This document shows, in pieces, positions 25,013-35,209 of a DNA stretch of 41,566 nt. This DNA comes from a virus (taxonomy: Duplodnaviria > Caudoviricetes). Made by a program: the position numbers and the translations under genes. Under the pieces are notes generated by a model. It searched no databases. It was not told the DNA's origin and was given only the letters and a program-made list of their open reading frames with translations. The stretch's first letter is position 1; the number at the start of each line of letters is the position of its first letter. The stretch lies in IMG/VR virus record IMGVR_UViG_3300020043_005694, positions 1-41,566 of that record; one strand, written 5' to 3'.

Positions 25013-25675
25013 TTACATCATTGCAAAGAAATTAGTGGTGTTAGCTCCACTAGTTGCAGCAGGTTTAATACTTATCCAATGATACCCATTATGTGAGCCA
25101 GTAGTTTGATTGATAGTCATTGATTTAGCTCCAGCTGGAGTCAGAGGATTTGAGCTGTGTTCATATAAGTCTCCTAGTCCGTCTAAAGTTGTCACGGCTG
25201 TAGCGTTTGCTCCTGCGGTAGTTGGACGGTTTCCAGCGCTGTAACCAATTAAGAAATCATTATCTACTGTTGTTGTAGTGTTGATTGTGTAACTGGCAGT
25301 ACTGCTTGATACACCACCCGATGTATCTGGTTGAGCAGACTGCAATGCACCGTCATATGAAACAGCGACAAACCAACTCCCTAATGGTACAGCAGAAAAA
25401 TCAGCCGAAATGCTATTTGTTCCACTTGTGGGATTTATTAAATACCACATTGATGTGTAGTAAGCGTTAGACGTGTTGTCAACGGCGTTTACTTTTGTCA
25501 TTGCTACACTGTTGTAAGTGATACTTGAAAGAATATCAGTACCTCCCGCATTAAAGTACAACCCAAAAACCAACAATATACGGTTGGAGCCACTGCCAAC
25601 ATCAAAGTTGAACGCCCTGGGGTCGGATGCACCGCCATCACCTGTTTTAGTAAAGTTATAACGAGATAGTGCCAT
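25013..25675 (-). CDS. Tail-associated beta-rich protein
   Basis: S/T/N-rich; NRILLV, ITYNSVAMT, WYLINP. Confidence 0.6.
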   Translation of the reverse strand: MALSRYNFTKTGDGGASDPRAFNFDVGSGSNRILLVFGLYFNAGGTDILSSITYNSVAMTKVNAVDNTSNAYYTSMWYLINPTSGTNSISADFSAVPLGSWFVAVSYDGALQSAQPDTSGGVSSSTASYTINTTTTVDNDFLIGYSAGNRPTTAGANATAVTTLDGLGDLYEHSSNPLTPAGAKSMTINQTTGSHNGYHWISIKPAATSGANTTNFFAMM

Positions 25676-25676
25676 A

Positions 25677-26003
25677 CTACACCTGTGAAGTTACACCAAC
25701 AGCACTCGTGATACCCACCTTTAATGCTGCTTTTTCAGCTTCTTTGGTAGCGTTTACTTGCGAGTCAATAACACCCGCCTTTTTACGATACAGCTCTTGA
25801 ATCGTTACGTTTTTAAGGTACTCCTCAACGTACTGCATACGTGTCTGTGGATTAGCTTTAAGGCGGTCTTGAATAGATATAGGTTCCACTAAAAGAGCTA
25901 GTTCTTCTGGAGTTTTAAGTACTTCAGTTAAGTACCCCAGTTCGTCAGCAAAGGTATCAAAGTCGGCTGGTTGTGCGGTAATTTTAATGTTTATTTCTGA
26001 CAT
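25677..26003 (-). CDS. Hypothetical protein, possible fibre chaperone
   Basis: Helical ORF directly after the fibre gene. Confidence 0.55.
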   Translation of the reverse strand: MSEINIKITAQPADFDTFADELGYLTEVLKTPEELALLVEPISIQDRLKANPQTRMQYVEEYLKNVTIQELYRKKAGVIDSQVNATKEAEKAALKVGITSAVGVTSQV

Positions 26004-26013
26004 ATTAGTTTAA

Positions 26014-27885
26014 TTATACTGTTGAACCACTTGCTACGCAGCGCCATTTACTCGTGACTGCGTTCCAAATAAACGCTACGTCTAGTCTTGTGGTAGTCAC
26101 TGTGGTGGTTGGTAATGCGACTGGCCCGTTTTCAAATGTAGCCCCCCAGGTGATAGCTCGTGCGGCTGTACCTGTAATAGCAATCCACAGCTTTTGGCCA
26201 TCAGTAGGTGTACCTGAAAGGTTGGTGGTGAACGAAGTGATGTCTACTGTTTGAGCTGTAAGAGAGTAGAAGTCAACATCATCAGTGTTAATGGTTGGGG
26301 TAGCACTTGAAGTGGTTGTACCTGTACGCGGCTTGATACGAGCGGTAAGACTGGCACCAGCAAGCGTTACATCGTTACCAACTTGTGTAAGAGTAGCGTC
26401 ACCGTTATCCCAGTTTATTACTCCTCCCTCTGCTAGGAATAGGTCGGACCAACCAACTGTAGAAGTGCCTAAAGACCTATCGTCATTAGCTCCTGGTCTT
26501 ACCGCACCAGCAGTAAGTGCTAAGGCGGCATTACCTAAAGAGCCAGCAACCACATTGTACAAAAACAATGTGGAATCTTCCGAAGTAGAAGTTGTGTCGT
26601 CAATACGAGTAGATATACGACCATACTCTTGCTTATTTCCTGCGCTGTCTTCTCCGTAAAAAGAGAGACTACCAACAACATCATTTGCGGCTGGACTGGC
26701 AGAATTATGGTAAAGGCTTACATTAGGGCCAGTTCCCCCTGTGTTTGTGTCAGATAACTCTAGGTGTGTGTCTGAGTCTTCAACCCGCATATCTATGTAA
26801 CTCCCGGAAGAAACATCTTCATAATAGTTAGCTACATAGGTGGGTAGTACGTAAAAATCTATATAGTTAGAGGAAGCATCATCTGTAATAGATAGTGTGT
26901 CTGTCTGAGCAATAATATTACCAGTACCGTTAGGTGTAATTGTTATATTTCCATTAGCCCCATCAGCGATAGTTATATTTCCTGTAGTAGCATTACCTGT
27001 TTGGAGTATGAGGTCAAAGTTACCATTTGATTTTACTGTACCATTACCTGCTCCTGAGCCAGCTGAAAGAGCCCCCACTACACTAAAGTCTCCACCTGTT
27101 GTTGCCGTGAAAGCTGTTGCTCCGCCAATTATACCGTAAAGGTTAGTAGCATCTCCTCCGTATCCTGTAGTTAAAGTGCCTCGTTGGGGGATGAAAGATG
27201 GGGCTGTGGCACTAGATGCACCTGCTGAAATGGCTGGGGTTGTACTGAGAACAGAGTTCATTACAAGTCCTGTCACTCCTGAACCCCATGTTACGGTAGC
27301 TGGTGCCATTGCATGAAAATCCCATGAACCGTTAGCCGAACCTATGCTAGTCACAAAACACTGCACAGAACCCCCAGCTGGAATAACATACTGAGAAACA
27401 GCACCAGCATTAGTAATAGTGAGTGATTGACTAGAATTGTTATTGAAGGTAAATGTCTGTGAAAGAGCGAGGGTTGTGGCGTCTGGTAGTTGGTATGTCT
27501 GAGTTGATGAGCCTGTAAGGTATTGGTTGTGAGAACTGGCTACCGTTAGAACAGTTGTGCCCGCAGCAGAAACCGTAGATGTGGTATTAAGAAATGAGTT
27601 ATTTGCAAAGATATTAGCGTTAGCATCACGTTTTACAATAGTACTTACTGTTGGCAGTGTTGCACTGTTTAAAGTAAGAACGGGAGTTGTTGTACCTGTG
27701 GCTACAGATATATCTGCGTTTGCAGAAGTAACAGAAGTAACTGTACCAGAACCACTACCAGCCAAGTCAACTAAAAGACGGTGCGTAGTTGGATTAGCAT
27801 ATAACGTAACAGGCGTAACCCCGTCTACGGAGGATACCGCAAGCAGGGTAGTTACAAAGTTATTATCTCGTTTCGCATCAGCCAT
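26014..27885 (-). CDS. Tail fibre protein
   Basis: T/S/G-rich mosaic; GTVTSV, GNITITPNGTG, SLGTSTVGWSDLF; C-terminal KWRCVA module. Confidence 0.75.
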   Translation of the reverse strand: MADAKRDNNFVTTLLAVSSVDGVTPVTLYANPTTHRLLVDLAGSGSGTVTSVTSANADISVATGTTTPVLTLNSATLPTVSTIVKRDANANIFANNSFLNTTSTVSAAGTTVLTVASSHNQYLTGSSTQTYQLPDATTLALSQTFTFNNNSSQSLTITNAGAVSQYVIPAGGSVQCFVTSIGSANGSWDFHAMAPATVTWGSGVTGLVMNSVLSTTPAISAGASSATAPSFIPQRGTLTTGYGGDATNLYGIIGGATAFTATTGGDFSVVGALSAGSGAGNGTVKSNGNFDLILQTGNATTGNITIADGANGNITITPNGTGNIIAQTDTLSITDDASSNYIDFYVLPTYVANYYEDVSSGSYIDMRVEDSDTHLELSDTNTGGTGPNVSLYHNSASPAANDVVGSLSFYGEDSAGNKQEYGRISTRIDDTTSTSEDSTLFLYNVVAGSLGNAALALTAGAVRPGANDDRSLGTSTVGWSDLFLAEGGVINWDNGDATLTQVGNDVTLAGASLTARIKPRTGTTTSSATPTINTDDVDFYSLTAQTVDITSFTTNLSGTPTDGQKLWIAITGTAARAITWGATFENGPVALPTTTVTTTRLDVAFIWNAVTSKWRCVASGSTV

Positions 27886-27886
27886 A

Positions 27887-28159
27887 TTATGTTTCGTCTA
27901 TTAAAAGTTTGCCATTAGAATCCACGTAGAGTGATATGGGGGTAGTTCCGTCGGCATCAGAGACAGCCAGTAATGTAGTAACAAAGTTTTCATCTCTGAG
28001 TGCTCGGTCAGGGCCATTGTCACTTCCTGTAATATCATTATCTACCGAAAGAGCATGGTTTGCAGGGTTTATTTTCACAGGTTCGACTGTTAAGCCGTCA
28101 GAGTTAAGAACTCCGAGTATACTTGGTACGTTGTTGTCATCTCGTTTAGCGTTTGCCAT
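27887..28159 (-). CDS. Small structural protein made of two ~40-aa repeats
   Basis: AKRDDN.../ALRDEN...; a third copy starts the fibre gene. Confidence 0.7.
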   Translation of the reverse strand: MANAKRDDNNVPSILGVLNSDGLTVEPVKINPANHALSVDNDITGSDNGPDRALRDENFVTTLLAVSDADGTTPISLYVDSNGKLLIDET

Positions 28160-28163
28160 GATG

Positions 28164-28922
28164 TTATGCGCTTAATGATGCTGCAAGAGCAGCTTTAGCT
28201 TTAGCATCTTTTAATATCTTACCAGCAGTTCCAGCCGTTACATACGGGGCGAGGTCAGTAGTCCACGGGTCGCCAGCAGAACCAGCACCGTTAAGCTTCT
28301 CTCCCATCGTACCAGATACATTGTACTCTGCTGCAAAGGCGTTCCACACAGCGGCAACAATTTCCTCTACCTGGGCTTGAGATTGGTTTACAAAGATGGC
28401 GGCGGTCATTTCTCCTAAAGCCTCTTGACTAGCAGTGAGGGTGCCTTCACCAGTAAGGTTTGCAACCATTCCCGCCAAAGCCCCAGCAGCAGCGGTTAAA
28501 TCACCAGAACCGACTAAGTTTGCGATAGCAGTTAGTTGCCCTGATATATTGGCTGTAAGCGAACCAGAGCCAACAAGGGAGGCAATCATTTCTACAATCA
28601 AGCCAGCTGCTGCGTTTGATACGGTGCCTTCTCCAGTTAAGTCTGCTGTCCCAAAAAGCCCTTCTATACCTGTCCCCGCTACAGTGCCTGTTCCAGGAAC
28701 ATAAACACTCATTCCACCTTCTTTTGGAGCTAATACAAGACTGTATGGTGGTCTATAGCCTGAGCCTGGTTGAGACATTCGGTCTGTTACATTAACTACG
28801 TTGTTATCACCCACGTAAAACGTCATCATCTTATTCAGATTGTAGTTGTACGTTGGGTCTAAGTTGCCACCGAGTGAACGGCTTTGGTTGGCATTTCTAA
28901 CTGAGTAGTTATTAAGTAACAT
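28164..28922 (-). CDS. Structural protein with Gly/Ala repeats
   Basis: Repeated A.L.G.G.LTA units, AAVWN, GTMGEKL. Confidence 0.65.
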   Translation of the reverse strand: MLLNNYSVRNANQSRSLGGNLDPTYNYNLNKMMTFYVGDNNVVNVTDRMSQPGSGYRPPYSLVLAPKEGGMSVYVPGTGTVAGTGIEGLFGTADLTGEGTVSNAAAGLIVEMIASLVGSGSLTANISGQLTAIANLVGSGDLTAAAGALAGMVANLTGEGTLTASQEALGEMTAAIFVNQSQAQVEEIVAAVWNAFAAEYNVSGTMGEKLNGAGSAGDPWTTDLAPYVTAGTAGKILKDAKAKAALAASLSA

Positions 28923-30092
28923 TTAATTCCAAATAAAGGTGAGGTCTCCTGAGAAGGTGGCGTTAGCTGGAGTAGTGGTTGAACTCATGTACATCCAGTA
29001 AAGAGCAGCACCATCATAGATACGAGGTAGTGATGGGTAATCAAACTGTAGGTTACGTTCCGCAGCTTGCCCTAGTACGTTGAGAGGTACACGAGTTATT
29101 TCTTTCACCATTGCTACAGAATATTCTCCAGATACGTATGATGAAGAGTTTTGGATTGTATTGATTTCAGCAATACCAGCGTCACCTGATTGGAGTGGCA
29201 TGGTGTAGTTGTATTTACCAGCACCAGAGGCACCAGAGTAAAGCACAAGGCTATTTGAAGCAGCGGTCTTTCCTAACGGAAGAATGGTTGGGGTTGCTCG
29301 TCCTGCGACTTGTGCTGAGTTGGTGTAACCAAGAGAAAGGTTAGGAGTAGCTGCTCCAAGGGCTGTAGCGTTACTATTAAAGTAAAACGCCTGTACACCA
29401 GCACCATTAGTGTACCGAGGAAGTAACCATGTAATCGTATGTGTACCCGTTCCTGTTGTGGTAATGTCGATTGCGGTACCTGCAATAGCGTTGGCGTAAG
29501 TAGTTGCAAGTGAAAATGTTGTATCACTTAATCTAATCACATAGTAGTCGGTAGCGGTAGCTAGTGGGGCGGGGAGAGTTGTTGTAGTGGTCAAACGCAC
29601 ACGGGTTCCTACAAGGATATTTGACGGGAAGTTTGCAGTTGATGTGTAAGTACAAATATCGGTGACTGCGGCTGTAAATGTGTCAGATTGTCCAAGTGTG
29701 TTTGTGGTAGCATCAGCAAGAATAGAGGTGATTGGAGTCTTACGGTAGAAACCAACAACGTCCACAAGCACCAACCAACCGGGGACTGTAGTAGCCGCTG
29801 AAGTTACCGCTGAAGCAGCAGCGAGAGACTTATAGAATGTAGGCTGTACGTTTCCACCATGTTGCATTGAAGATGCGTTGGTTGTGTTGTCTTTAACCGC
29901 TTGGAATACTAGAGAAGAACCAGTATTGAACAGGGCATCCGCCCCTGGATTACCGTTACCACGAAATAGTGTATGCACCTCACCAGCCACTGCGGCAGTA
30001 GTTGGGTTAAACTGCTTTGTCCAGTTTGTTTTGAATGTTTGCCCTTGTGTAAGAGCGTTTACGATTGCGTCACTTGATGAAAATCCAGCCAT
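28923..30092 (-). CDS. Virion structural protein, paralog of 30111-30971
   Basis: Shared RYT.G.GVQ, YTNS..V.GR, LQ..D.G, PRIYD.A.L; extra inserted domain. Confidence 0.75.
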   Translation of the reverse strand: MAGFSSSDAIVNALTQGQTFKTNWTKQFNPTTAAVAGEVHTLFRGNGNPGADALFNTGSSLVFQAVKDNTTNASSMQHGGNVQPTFYKSLAAASAVTSAATTVPGWLVLVDVVGFYRKTPITSILADATTNTLGQSDTFTAAVTDICTYTSTANFPSNILVGTRVRLTTTTTLPAPLATATDYYVIRLSDTTFSLATTYANAIAGTAIDITTTGTGTHTITWLLPRYTNGAGVQAFYFNSNATALGAATPNLSLGYTNSAQVAGRATPTILPLGKTAASNSLVLYSGASGAGKYNYTMPLQSGDAGIAEINTIQNSSSYVSGEYSVAMVKEITRVPLNVLGQAAERNLQFDYPSLPRIYDGAALYWMYMSSTTTPANATFSGDLTFIWN

Positions 30093-30110
30093 ATTTTTAT
30101 AAATTAAATG

Positions 30111-30971
30111 TTAATCCCATACTACTTTTAAATCTCCAACCAATGCTGTTGTTGCTAAACCACTTCTTGGAAGCACCAGCATAGCTAAGAAAGCATCGTC
30201 GTATATGCGTGGGATGTCTCCACCAATTAAAAGAACATCTTTTTCATACGGTGCTGTGATTTCATTAATTGCTGTCCGAAATAAAGGCTTGACTAATACA
30301 AGTGCGAATAATCCTACGTCTGCTCCTAACATTGTAACAGATTCAATACTTCTTACTCCACTGTCATTACCCTGTAGTCCAATAAAAGGAGCACCTGACT
30401 GGTTCAAAGCGTTTGTTGAACTAGTAATCACTGAACCAATAGCTGTAGCTGTGTTCATAATCACTGTTTTCGATATTCTTCCTGACACACCTTCACTATT
30501 TGTGTAAGTAAAATTAAATGACTGTCCACCAACACCAGCGTTTGTCAGGATAGCCATTACCTGTACTCCTTTGCCGTCTGTGTAGCGAGTGAGAGTGTTT
30601 GTGTTTACCATATCCTGTTGGTCAGTGACAGACATATCAACAAATGGGTAACACATTAAGTAATCACTCAATATGATTGGCATTGGCAAACCAAGGGCAG
30701 TTGAAGTCATTGAAGTCATCGAGCGTAAGTACTTAGTACTGGGTGATACGTTTGCACCATGCTGTAATCCTCCATCAGTTGAGCGAGATAAGACAGTAGC
30801 ATTTAGAATACTACCGATGAAATACTGAGCCGGAGGGTTGCCGGGACTCATGGACGTATCAAACCAAATACCAGCAGAAGTAACCTGTGAAGGTGTTTTT
30901 CTCCACACGTAGTTACGAACACGGCCTTCAAGTTCGCACTCTATTAGTTGTTTGGTGTTGGCAATACTCAT
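30111..30971 (-). CDS. Virion structural protein, paralog of 28923-30092
   Basis: Same shared motifs. Confidence 0.75.
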   Translation of the reverse strand: MSIANTKQLIECELEGRVRNYVWRKTPSQVTSAGIWFDTSMSPGNPPAQYFIGSILNATVLSRSTDGGLQHGANVSPSTKYLRSMTSMTSTALGLPMPIILSDYLMCYPFVDMSVTDQQDMVNTNTLTRYTDGKGVQVMAILTNAGVGGQSFNFTYTNSEGVSGRISKTVIMNTATAIGSVITSSTNALNQSGAPFIGLQGNDSGVRSIESVTMLGADVGLFALVLVKPLFRTAINEITAPYEKDVLLIGGDIPRIYDDAFLAMLVLPRSGLATTALVGDLKVVWD

Positions 30972-30972
30972 G

Positions 30973-31068
30973 TTAATTTACGTCACCTTTTCCGTGTACG
31001 ACAGCGTTCATCTCTACGTATATAGGTTCACCTAACTTTTCTGTTTCTTCTTTAATTTCTGGTTCCAT
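30973..31068 (-). CDS. Tiny hypothetical protein, 31 aa
   Basis: MEPEIKEETEKLGEPIYVEMNAVVHGKGDVN* fills the gap. Confidence 0.45.
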   Translation of the reverse strand: MEPEIKEETEKLGEPIYVEMNAVVHGKGDVN

Positions 31069-31071
31069 ATT

Positions 31072-31512
31072 TTAATCCTCAGTTACGGTTAATCCTGTAG
31101 CAGCAAAGAGGGGAGTAATGTTGAGGGCTACAGCAAGAGATGAGTTTAAGGCACCCGAATACATGAGCACTCCAGCACCAGAAATTTCGGTTCCGATACC
31201 AACATAAGTAATAGTGTTACCCGTTACTCCACATTGAGGAAAACTAATCTGAGCTGCGTTGGTTGCTGTAGAGCCAGAAACAGTCCATCCTCCTACAGTA
31301 CGAGCCACAGCTACACGCGCGTAGTTAGTGTATGTGGCTTCACTTGTAGTTTGGTCGCCAGCTTCTCCTGGGTCTGCTGTGTGTAGGGAAATGTAGAACG
31401 AACCAGCTGCGGCAGAGTTCTGTAAACCAGCAGCGTCACCTACTGTGGCGAAATCTACGTTGTTGAAAAACAATTGAAGTAATGCGTTCTCTGAAGCGTT
31501 TGATTTTGACAT
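31072..31512 (-). CDS. Phage tail-associated protein
   Basis: YISLHTADPGEAG, EATYTNYARVAV, NAAQISFP. Confidence 0.75.
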   Translation of the reverse strand: MSKSNASENALLQLFFNNVDFATVGDAAGLQNSAAAGSFYISLHTADPGEAGDQTTSEATYTNYARVAVARTVGGWTVSGSTATNAAQISFPQCGVTGNTITYVGIGTEISGAGVLMYSGALNSSLAVALNITPLFAATGLTVTED

Positions 31513-31521
31513 ATATAATTG

Positions 31522-31902
31522 TTACGAATAAGTTACTCCTGTTAAAGTGTCCCCTGTATAAGAGAGAGTTTTTACTAAATCTATCCCCCCCGGTGTACTT
31601 CCAGAAAGGACTACACTAGTAAGGTTATCTCCTGTGTAATTAAGAGTTTTAGTTATGCCATTAAAATAAGCAATAGAAGTTAGATTATCTCCTGTGTATG
31701 AGAGCACAGCGTCACTTGCGGCAAGGTTTTTTGAGACTGTCTCGTATGAAACAGATACTCCACCGCCACCGCCACCTGTTGTAAATTCGATTCCGTCTTC
31801 CGTCATCTTAACTGCAAGAACATCACCGCCAAAAGTAGCGTACGTGTGAGGTACATCTGAAAGCTCTGTAAAGGCTGTTACTCCTGGTTGTTCTGTTCTC
31901 AT
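31522..31902 (-). CDS. Structural protein with three L.YTGD.LT repeats
   Basis: FTELSDVP start; LSYTGDNLTS, LNYTGDNLTS, LSYTGDTLTG. Confidence 0.7.
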   Translation of the reverse strand: MRTEQPGVTAFTELSDVPHTYATFGGDVLAVKMTEDGIEFTTGGGGGGVSVSYETVSKNLAASDAVLSYTGDNLTSIAYFNGITKTLNYTGDNLTSVVLSGSTPGGIDLVKTLSYTGDTLTGVTYS

Positions 31903-32381
31903 AGTTGTTTTAGAAGCGTAGAGATAGCGTTCTTTTTAATACCCATTTCAATAGTGTCTGCATCTAGTTGTACTTCACGGTCTAAGAAAATATCCATACG
32001 AACCTTCATGTCGGCTTCTTGGGCTCGGACTACCTTCTCTCGTTCAATGATAGCAGTAGCTTGTTCATCTAGGTCACGTTTAATTTGCTCCTCTGTCTTT
32101 TGGAGTTCTTCCACAGCGTTACGAACTTCTACTTCAGAAGCAATAGCGTCATTTAAGGTGACAGTTGATACCTCAATCTTACCGTCTATTTCCTTTAAGA
32201 GAGTAGTTTTGTAGGCTAGGTCAGCTTCAATTTTACGAACACTATCATCCAGTACAGATTTAAGTTTAGTCAAGCGAGCATTTTCACTGTCAAGTAAAGT
32301 AATACGGTCACGGACTGCATCTATAGCAGCTTGTGATTTAGCATCTATAACTACTGTTGTACTTGAATTATCTATGTTCAT
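31899..32381 (-). CDS. Coiled-coil protein
   Basis: Charged heptad pattern. Confidence 0.7.
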   Translation of the reverse strand: MNIDNSSTTVVIDAKSQAAIDAVRDRITLLDSENARLTKLKSVLDDSVRKIEADLAYKTTLLKEIDGKIEVSTVTLNDAIASEVEVRNAVEELQKTEEQIKRDLDEQATAIIEREKVVRAQEADMKVRMDIFLDREVQLDADTIEMGIKKNAISTLLKQL

Positions 32382-32382
32382 A

Positions 32383-32700
32383 TTAGTTACTCATCTCTAA
32401 TACTGTATACCGTGGACTTGTTCCAGAGATAGTAATTTCTCCACAGTAGATAGCTCCGACATCTTGACTCATAATTCCTCCAGTACCATCGTCTTGTACA
32501 ACAGAGGCCTTTAACACCACGTGAAACACTGTAGAAGACGAACCTGTACCAAGTCGAACAAACAAGGGGTTAGTCCCCAGGTTTTGAATAGACCATTGTG
32601 TTCGCCGAGCGTTAGCCGCCAGCGCAGTAGCTGCCGATGCAATAGCCGGTGTATTTGTTGGGTTAGTGCTTTGGGATAAAATTGCTGTAGCGTCAACCAT
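32383..32700 (-). CDS. Small beta-sandwich-like structural protein
   Basis: ALAANARR..IQNLGTNPLFVRLG. Confidence 0.7.
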   Translation of the reverse strand: MVDATAILSQSTNPTNTPAIASAATALAANARRTQWSIQNLGTNPLFVRLGTGSSSTVFHVVLKASVVQDDGTGGIMSQDVGAIYCGEITISGTSPRYTVLEMSN

Positions 32701-33412
32701 ATTTTTTCTTTAGTCGAGTAACTTCACGTTCCAGAGTCTTTTCACGGTCAATAATCTGTAGTTCCTTGGCACGCAGGTTTTCAGCCATAGTGTCAAGATG
32801 CTCTACTCTAATAATAATATCGCGCTCTCTGGATGCAACAGCTATATCCCTATCTCTTAGCTCTTTTTCAATCTTTTCCTCTAAGGAAACAGCCGACTCA
32901 TAGATTTTAAATACCTGGGACAAGTACGCTTTAGCTTCGTCATACATATTAGAAGTAGCAGACCGATATTCATCTACTAAAGCAATAGTGGATACTGTCT
33001 TTTGGTACAATTCACTACTCCGTTTTGACTGTTTTCTGAGCTCATCTAAGGCTATTCTAAGTAATCCAAGGTGTGCCAAAATCTCATTTTCACGCTCATT
33101 TAGCTGTGTTTCGTAGTCTATAAGGGCTTCTTCACGTATATCGAGCACTTTTGTACTTTCTTCTAGTTCGTTTCGGAGGCTTTTTACCTCGTTTAACACC
33201 TTATTACGCTCATTCTCTATCTTTTTTATGTCTACTTGGATAGCCTTGAGGGTAGAAGCACGAAAAGAGGCTAGTGAAGCCTCCTCTGATGCTGCTATTT
33301 CCCGTAAAGAGTCTATTCTTCGAGCTAATTTGAGTCCTTCGTCGATTTCTACACGCTTCTTACTCGCTTGAAGGACTGAAATTTCCTGTTTTGGAAGCAG
33401 TCGCATTGCCAT
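32693..33412 (-). CDS. Long coiled-coil protein
   Basis: E/K/R/L heptads over ~230 aa. Confidence 0.7.
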   Translation of the reverse strand: MAMRLLPKQEISVLQASKKRVEIDEGLKLARRIDSLREIAASEEASLASFRASTLKAIQVDIKKIENERNKVLNEVKSLRNELEESTKVLDIREEALIDYETQLNERENEILAHLGLLRIALDELRKQSKRSSELYQKTVSTIALVDEYRSATSNMYDEAKAYLSQVFKIYESAVSLEEKIEKELRDRDIAVASRERDIIIRVEHLDTMAENLRAKELQIIDREKTLEREVTRLKKKYG

Positions 33413-33413
33413 A

Positions 33414-33929
33414 TTATGCTTTGAGAGCTTTTTCTCGTAGGTTTACGTTGTCTTTAACGCCGAAAGCGGTGGTGTTAAGTTCTCCTTCTTCGTTACGGGA
33501 TAAATTATCTTCCATTGGTGACTTTTTATCGTCTTTAACTAACGCTTTAGAAATTGGCAACGGTTCAAGACAGCGCTGAATAAATGGAGCTAGTTGGTCG
33601 AGTGAATAAGTACCGGCTGAGTGCATACCGTTAAGGCGAGGTGAGCCGTCAGAGTTACGCTCCTGGTTTAGTAATTTACCGTAGGCGTCAGAAGTGTAAT
33701 ACGCTCCTTCAGCCAAATCTTTAGCAAACTTCTTGCGGATGTACTGTACTTCAAGCGGAGAGTGCTCCGGGATAATCATCGGTGAAGTCGTTTGCGCTGG
33801 ATAAATATACTTTTTACCTCCCCACGTTCCAGTAAATTCAGCGTCAGTCCAATTGGTGAAGTAGAAGATACCAGTAAAGTCTTCTGGGAGCGTCGTTTCG
33901 TACTTCATTATTGATTTATCATCAAACAT
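33414..33929 (-). CDS. Hypothetical head-region protein
   Basis: ATG ORF, 171 aa. Confidence 0.7.
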   Translation of the reverse strand: MFDDKSIMKYETTLPEDFTGIFYFTNWTDAEFTGTWGGKKYIYPAQTTSPMIIPEHSPLEVQYIRKKFAKDLAEGAYYTSDAYGKLLNQERNSDGSPRLNGMHSAGTYSLDQLAPFIQRCLEPLPISKALVKDDKKSPMEDNLSRNEEGELNTTAFGVKDNVNLREKALKA

Positions 33930-33974
33930 ATCTTTATCAGATTACTAACCATATTATCTATGGTGGAGGGTCTA

Positions 33975-34020
33975 AGTGTGCCCATCCCTACCCCCAAAAA
34001 GGGGACAGAGGGGACAAGCT
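33975..34020 (-). other. GC-rich hairpin after the capsid-accessory gene (terminator or processing site)
   Basis: GCTTGTCCC...CCCC-TTTTT-GGGG...GGGATGGGC on minus strand; no clear U-tract. Confidence 0.45.
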
Positions 34021-34769
34021 TAAATGTTTACGTATACGACGCGGTACTCTGTGTCTACACCAGCCTGAGCTGCAAAGCCGAGGCGAGCTGTGGTAGCAGC
34101 TGCAACAGCTACTGCACCAGCGACAGAACCGATACTGATACCAAGACCAACTCCGATAGCTCCCTGTGCGAGGCAAGATACGAGTCCACGTGAGACTACG
34201 AATCCGTAAGCAGCAGCAGCAATAGGACTAAGTGTAACACCTACCTGAGCATTTGTTACAGTTGTTGGCTGGATAATAACATCAGCACCATGAGCAGACA
34301 CGAGGGATACCTCTGAGGCTGTTGTGATAGCTGTGTTAGCACCATCTTCAAGGGTAAGAACTAATGAAGCTGAAAGCGCAGCAGCTGGGTGACTTGCAAT
34401 ACGCAAAGTCTGACCTTCACCGTTGTTATCGTTTACAACTACATATCCACCAGCGTACTGGTTAGCTGTAGCAGCAGTAGCTCCAAGAGTTACAGTTACC
34501 TTTGCTGGTACGTTACCGTTAGCAGAGTATGCCTGGTACGCAGTAACAGCGAGGTTTTGGTGGTTAGGAACAACAGCAGCATCTTGTGTCATAACACCTG
34601 GTACCAATGCAACTGCACCGTTAAGTACGAGTGTCACTTCACGACCATCTGAGGTATCGAAACGAGTACCTACGAGAGTAGCGAGTGAAGTGTCTGTTGA
34701 AGTCTGAAATGCTCCGTTTGCTACGAGAGCGAGTGGGCCTACAGCAGCTCGTTGTGAAATGTGCGACAT
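34020..34769 (-). CDS. Probable capsid decoration/cement protein
   Basis: Ala/Val/Gly-rich, GTRFDTSDGR, YGFVVSRG; two genes after the capsid gene. Confidence 0.6.
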   Translation of the reverse strand: MSHISQRAAVGPLALVANGAFQTSTDTSLATLVGTRFDTSDGREVTLVLNGAVALVPGVMTQDAAVVPNHQNLAVTAYQAYSANGNVPAKVTVTLGATAATANQYAGGYVVVNDNNGEGQTLRIASHPAAALSASLVLTLEDGANTAITTASEVSLVSAHGADVIIQPTTVTNAQVGVTLSPIAAAAYGFVVSRGLVSCLAQGAIGVGLGISIGSVAGAVAVAAATTARLGFAAQAGVDTEYRVVYVNI

Positions 34770-34851
34770 AATTTTTTAATTTAATTGACTAATTCCCTGC
34801 TCATTCTCCTGACCCCGAAGTGAAAGGCAAACAAGACAGGCGGCATAGCTA

Positions 34852-35181
34852 CTAAGAAGCAGTTGAAATTGCTACCCAGTTAGTTGTTCCGTTGTTCACG
34901 TAGAGTCGGTTTGCAACTCCTGAACCGGCGGTGTTGATGCAGATAGAACCCTTAACAGCTGAGAAGGCAGGTACATCTGATGTCACGTACAAAGATGGGC
35001 CATTACTAAACATTGTTACTGGGGCTCCGGCTGCTACTGCACCAGCTGAAGCTGGGACAGCTGTTCCACTCTCTGCCGTTACCGTTCCTGTTACCGCAAC
35101 GCTTGGAGCTGTCACAGCTTCCAAAGTGTTAAGGCCAGCTGACTGAATTGGCGGAAAGAAGTCTTCGAGGTATTGAGTCAT
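34852..35181 (-). CDS. Small structural protein
   Basis: AVKGSICINTAG...RLYVNNGTTNWVA. Confidence 0.65.
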   Translation of the reverse strand: MTQYLEDFFPPIQSAGLNTLEAVTAPSVAVTGTVTAESGTAVPASAGAVAAGAPVTMFSNGPSLYVTSDVPAFSAVKGSICINTAGSGVANRLYVNNGTTNWVAISTAS

Positions 35182-35209
35182 AGTATTCTTATAATTAAGC
35201 TACTAACAA

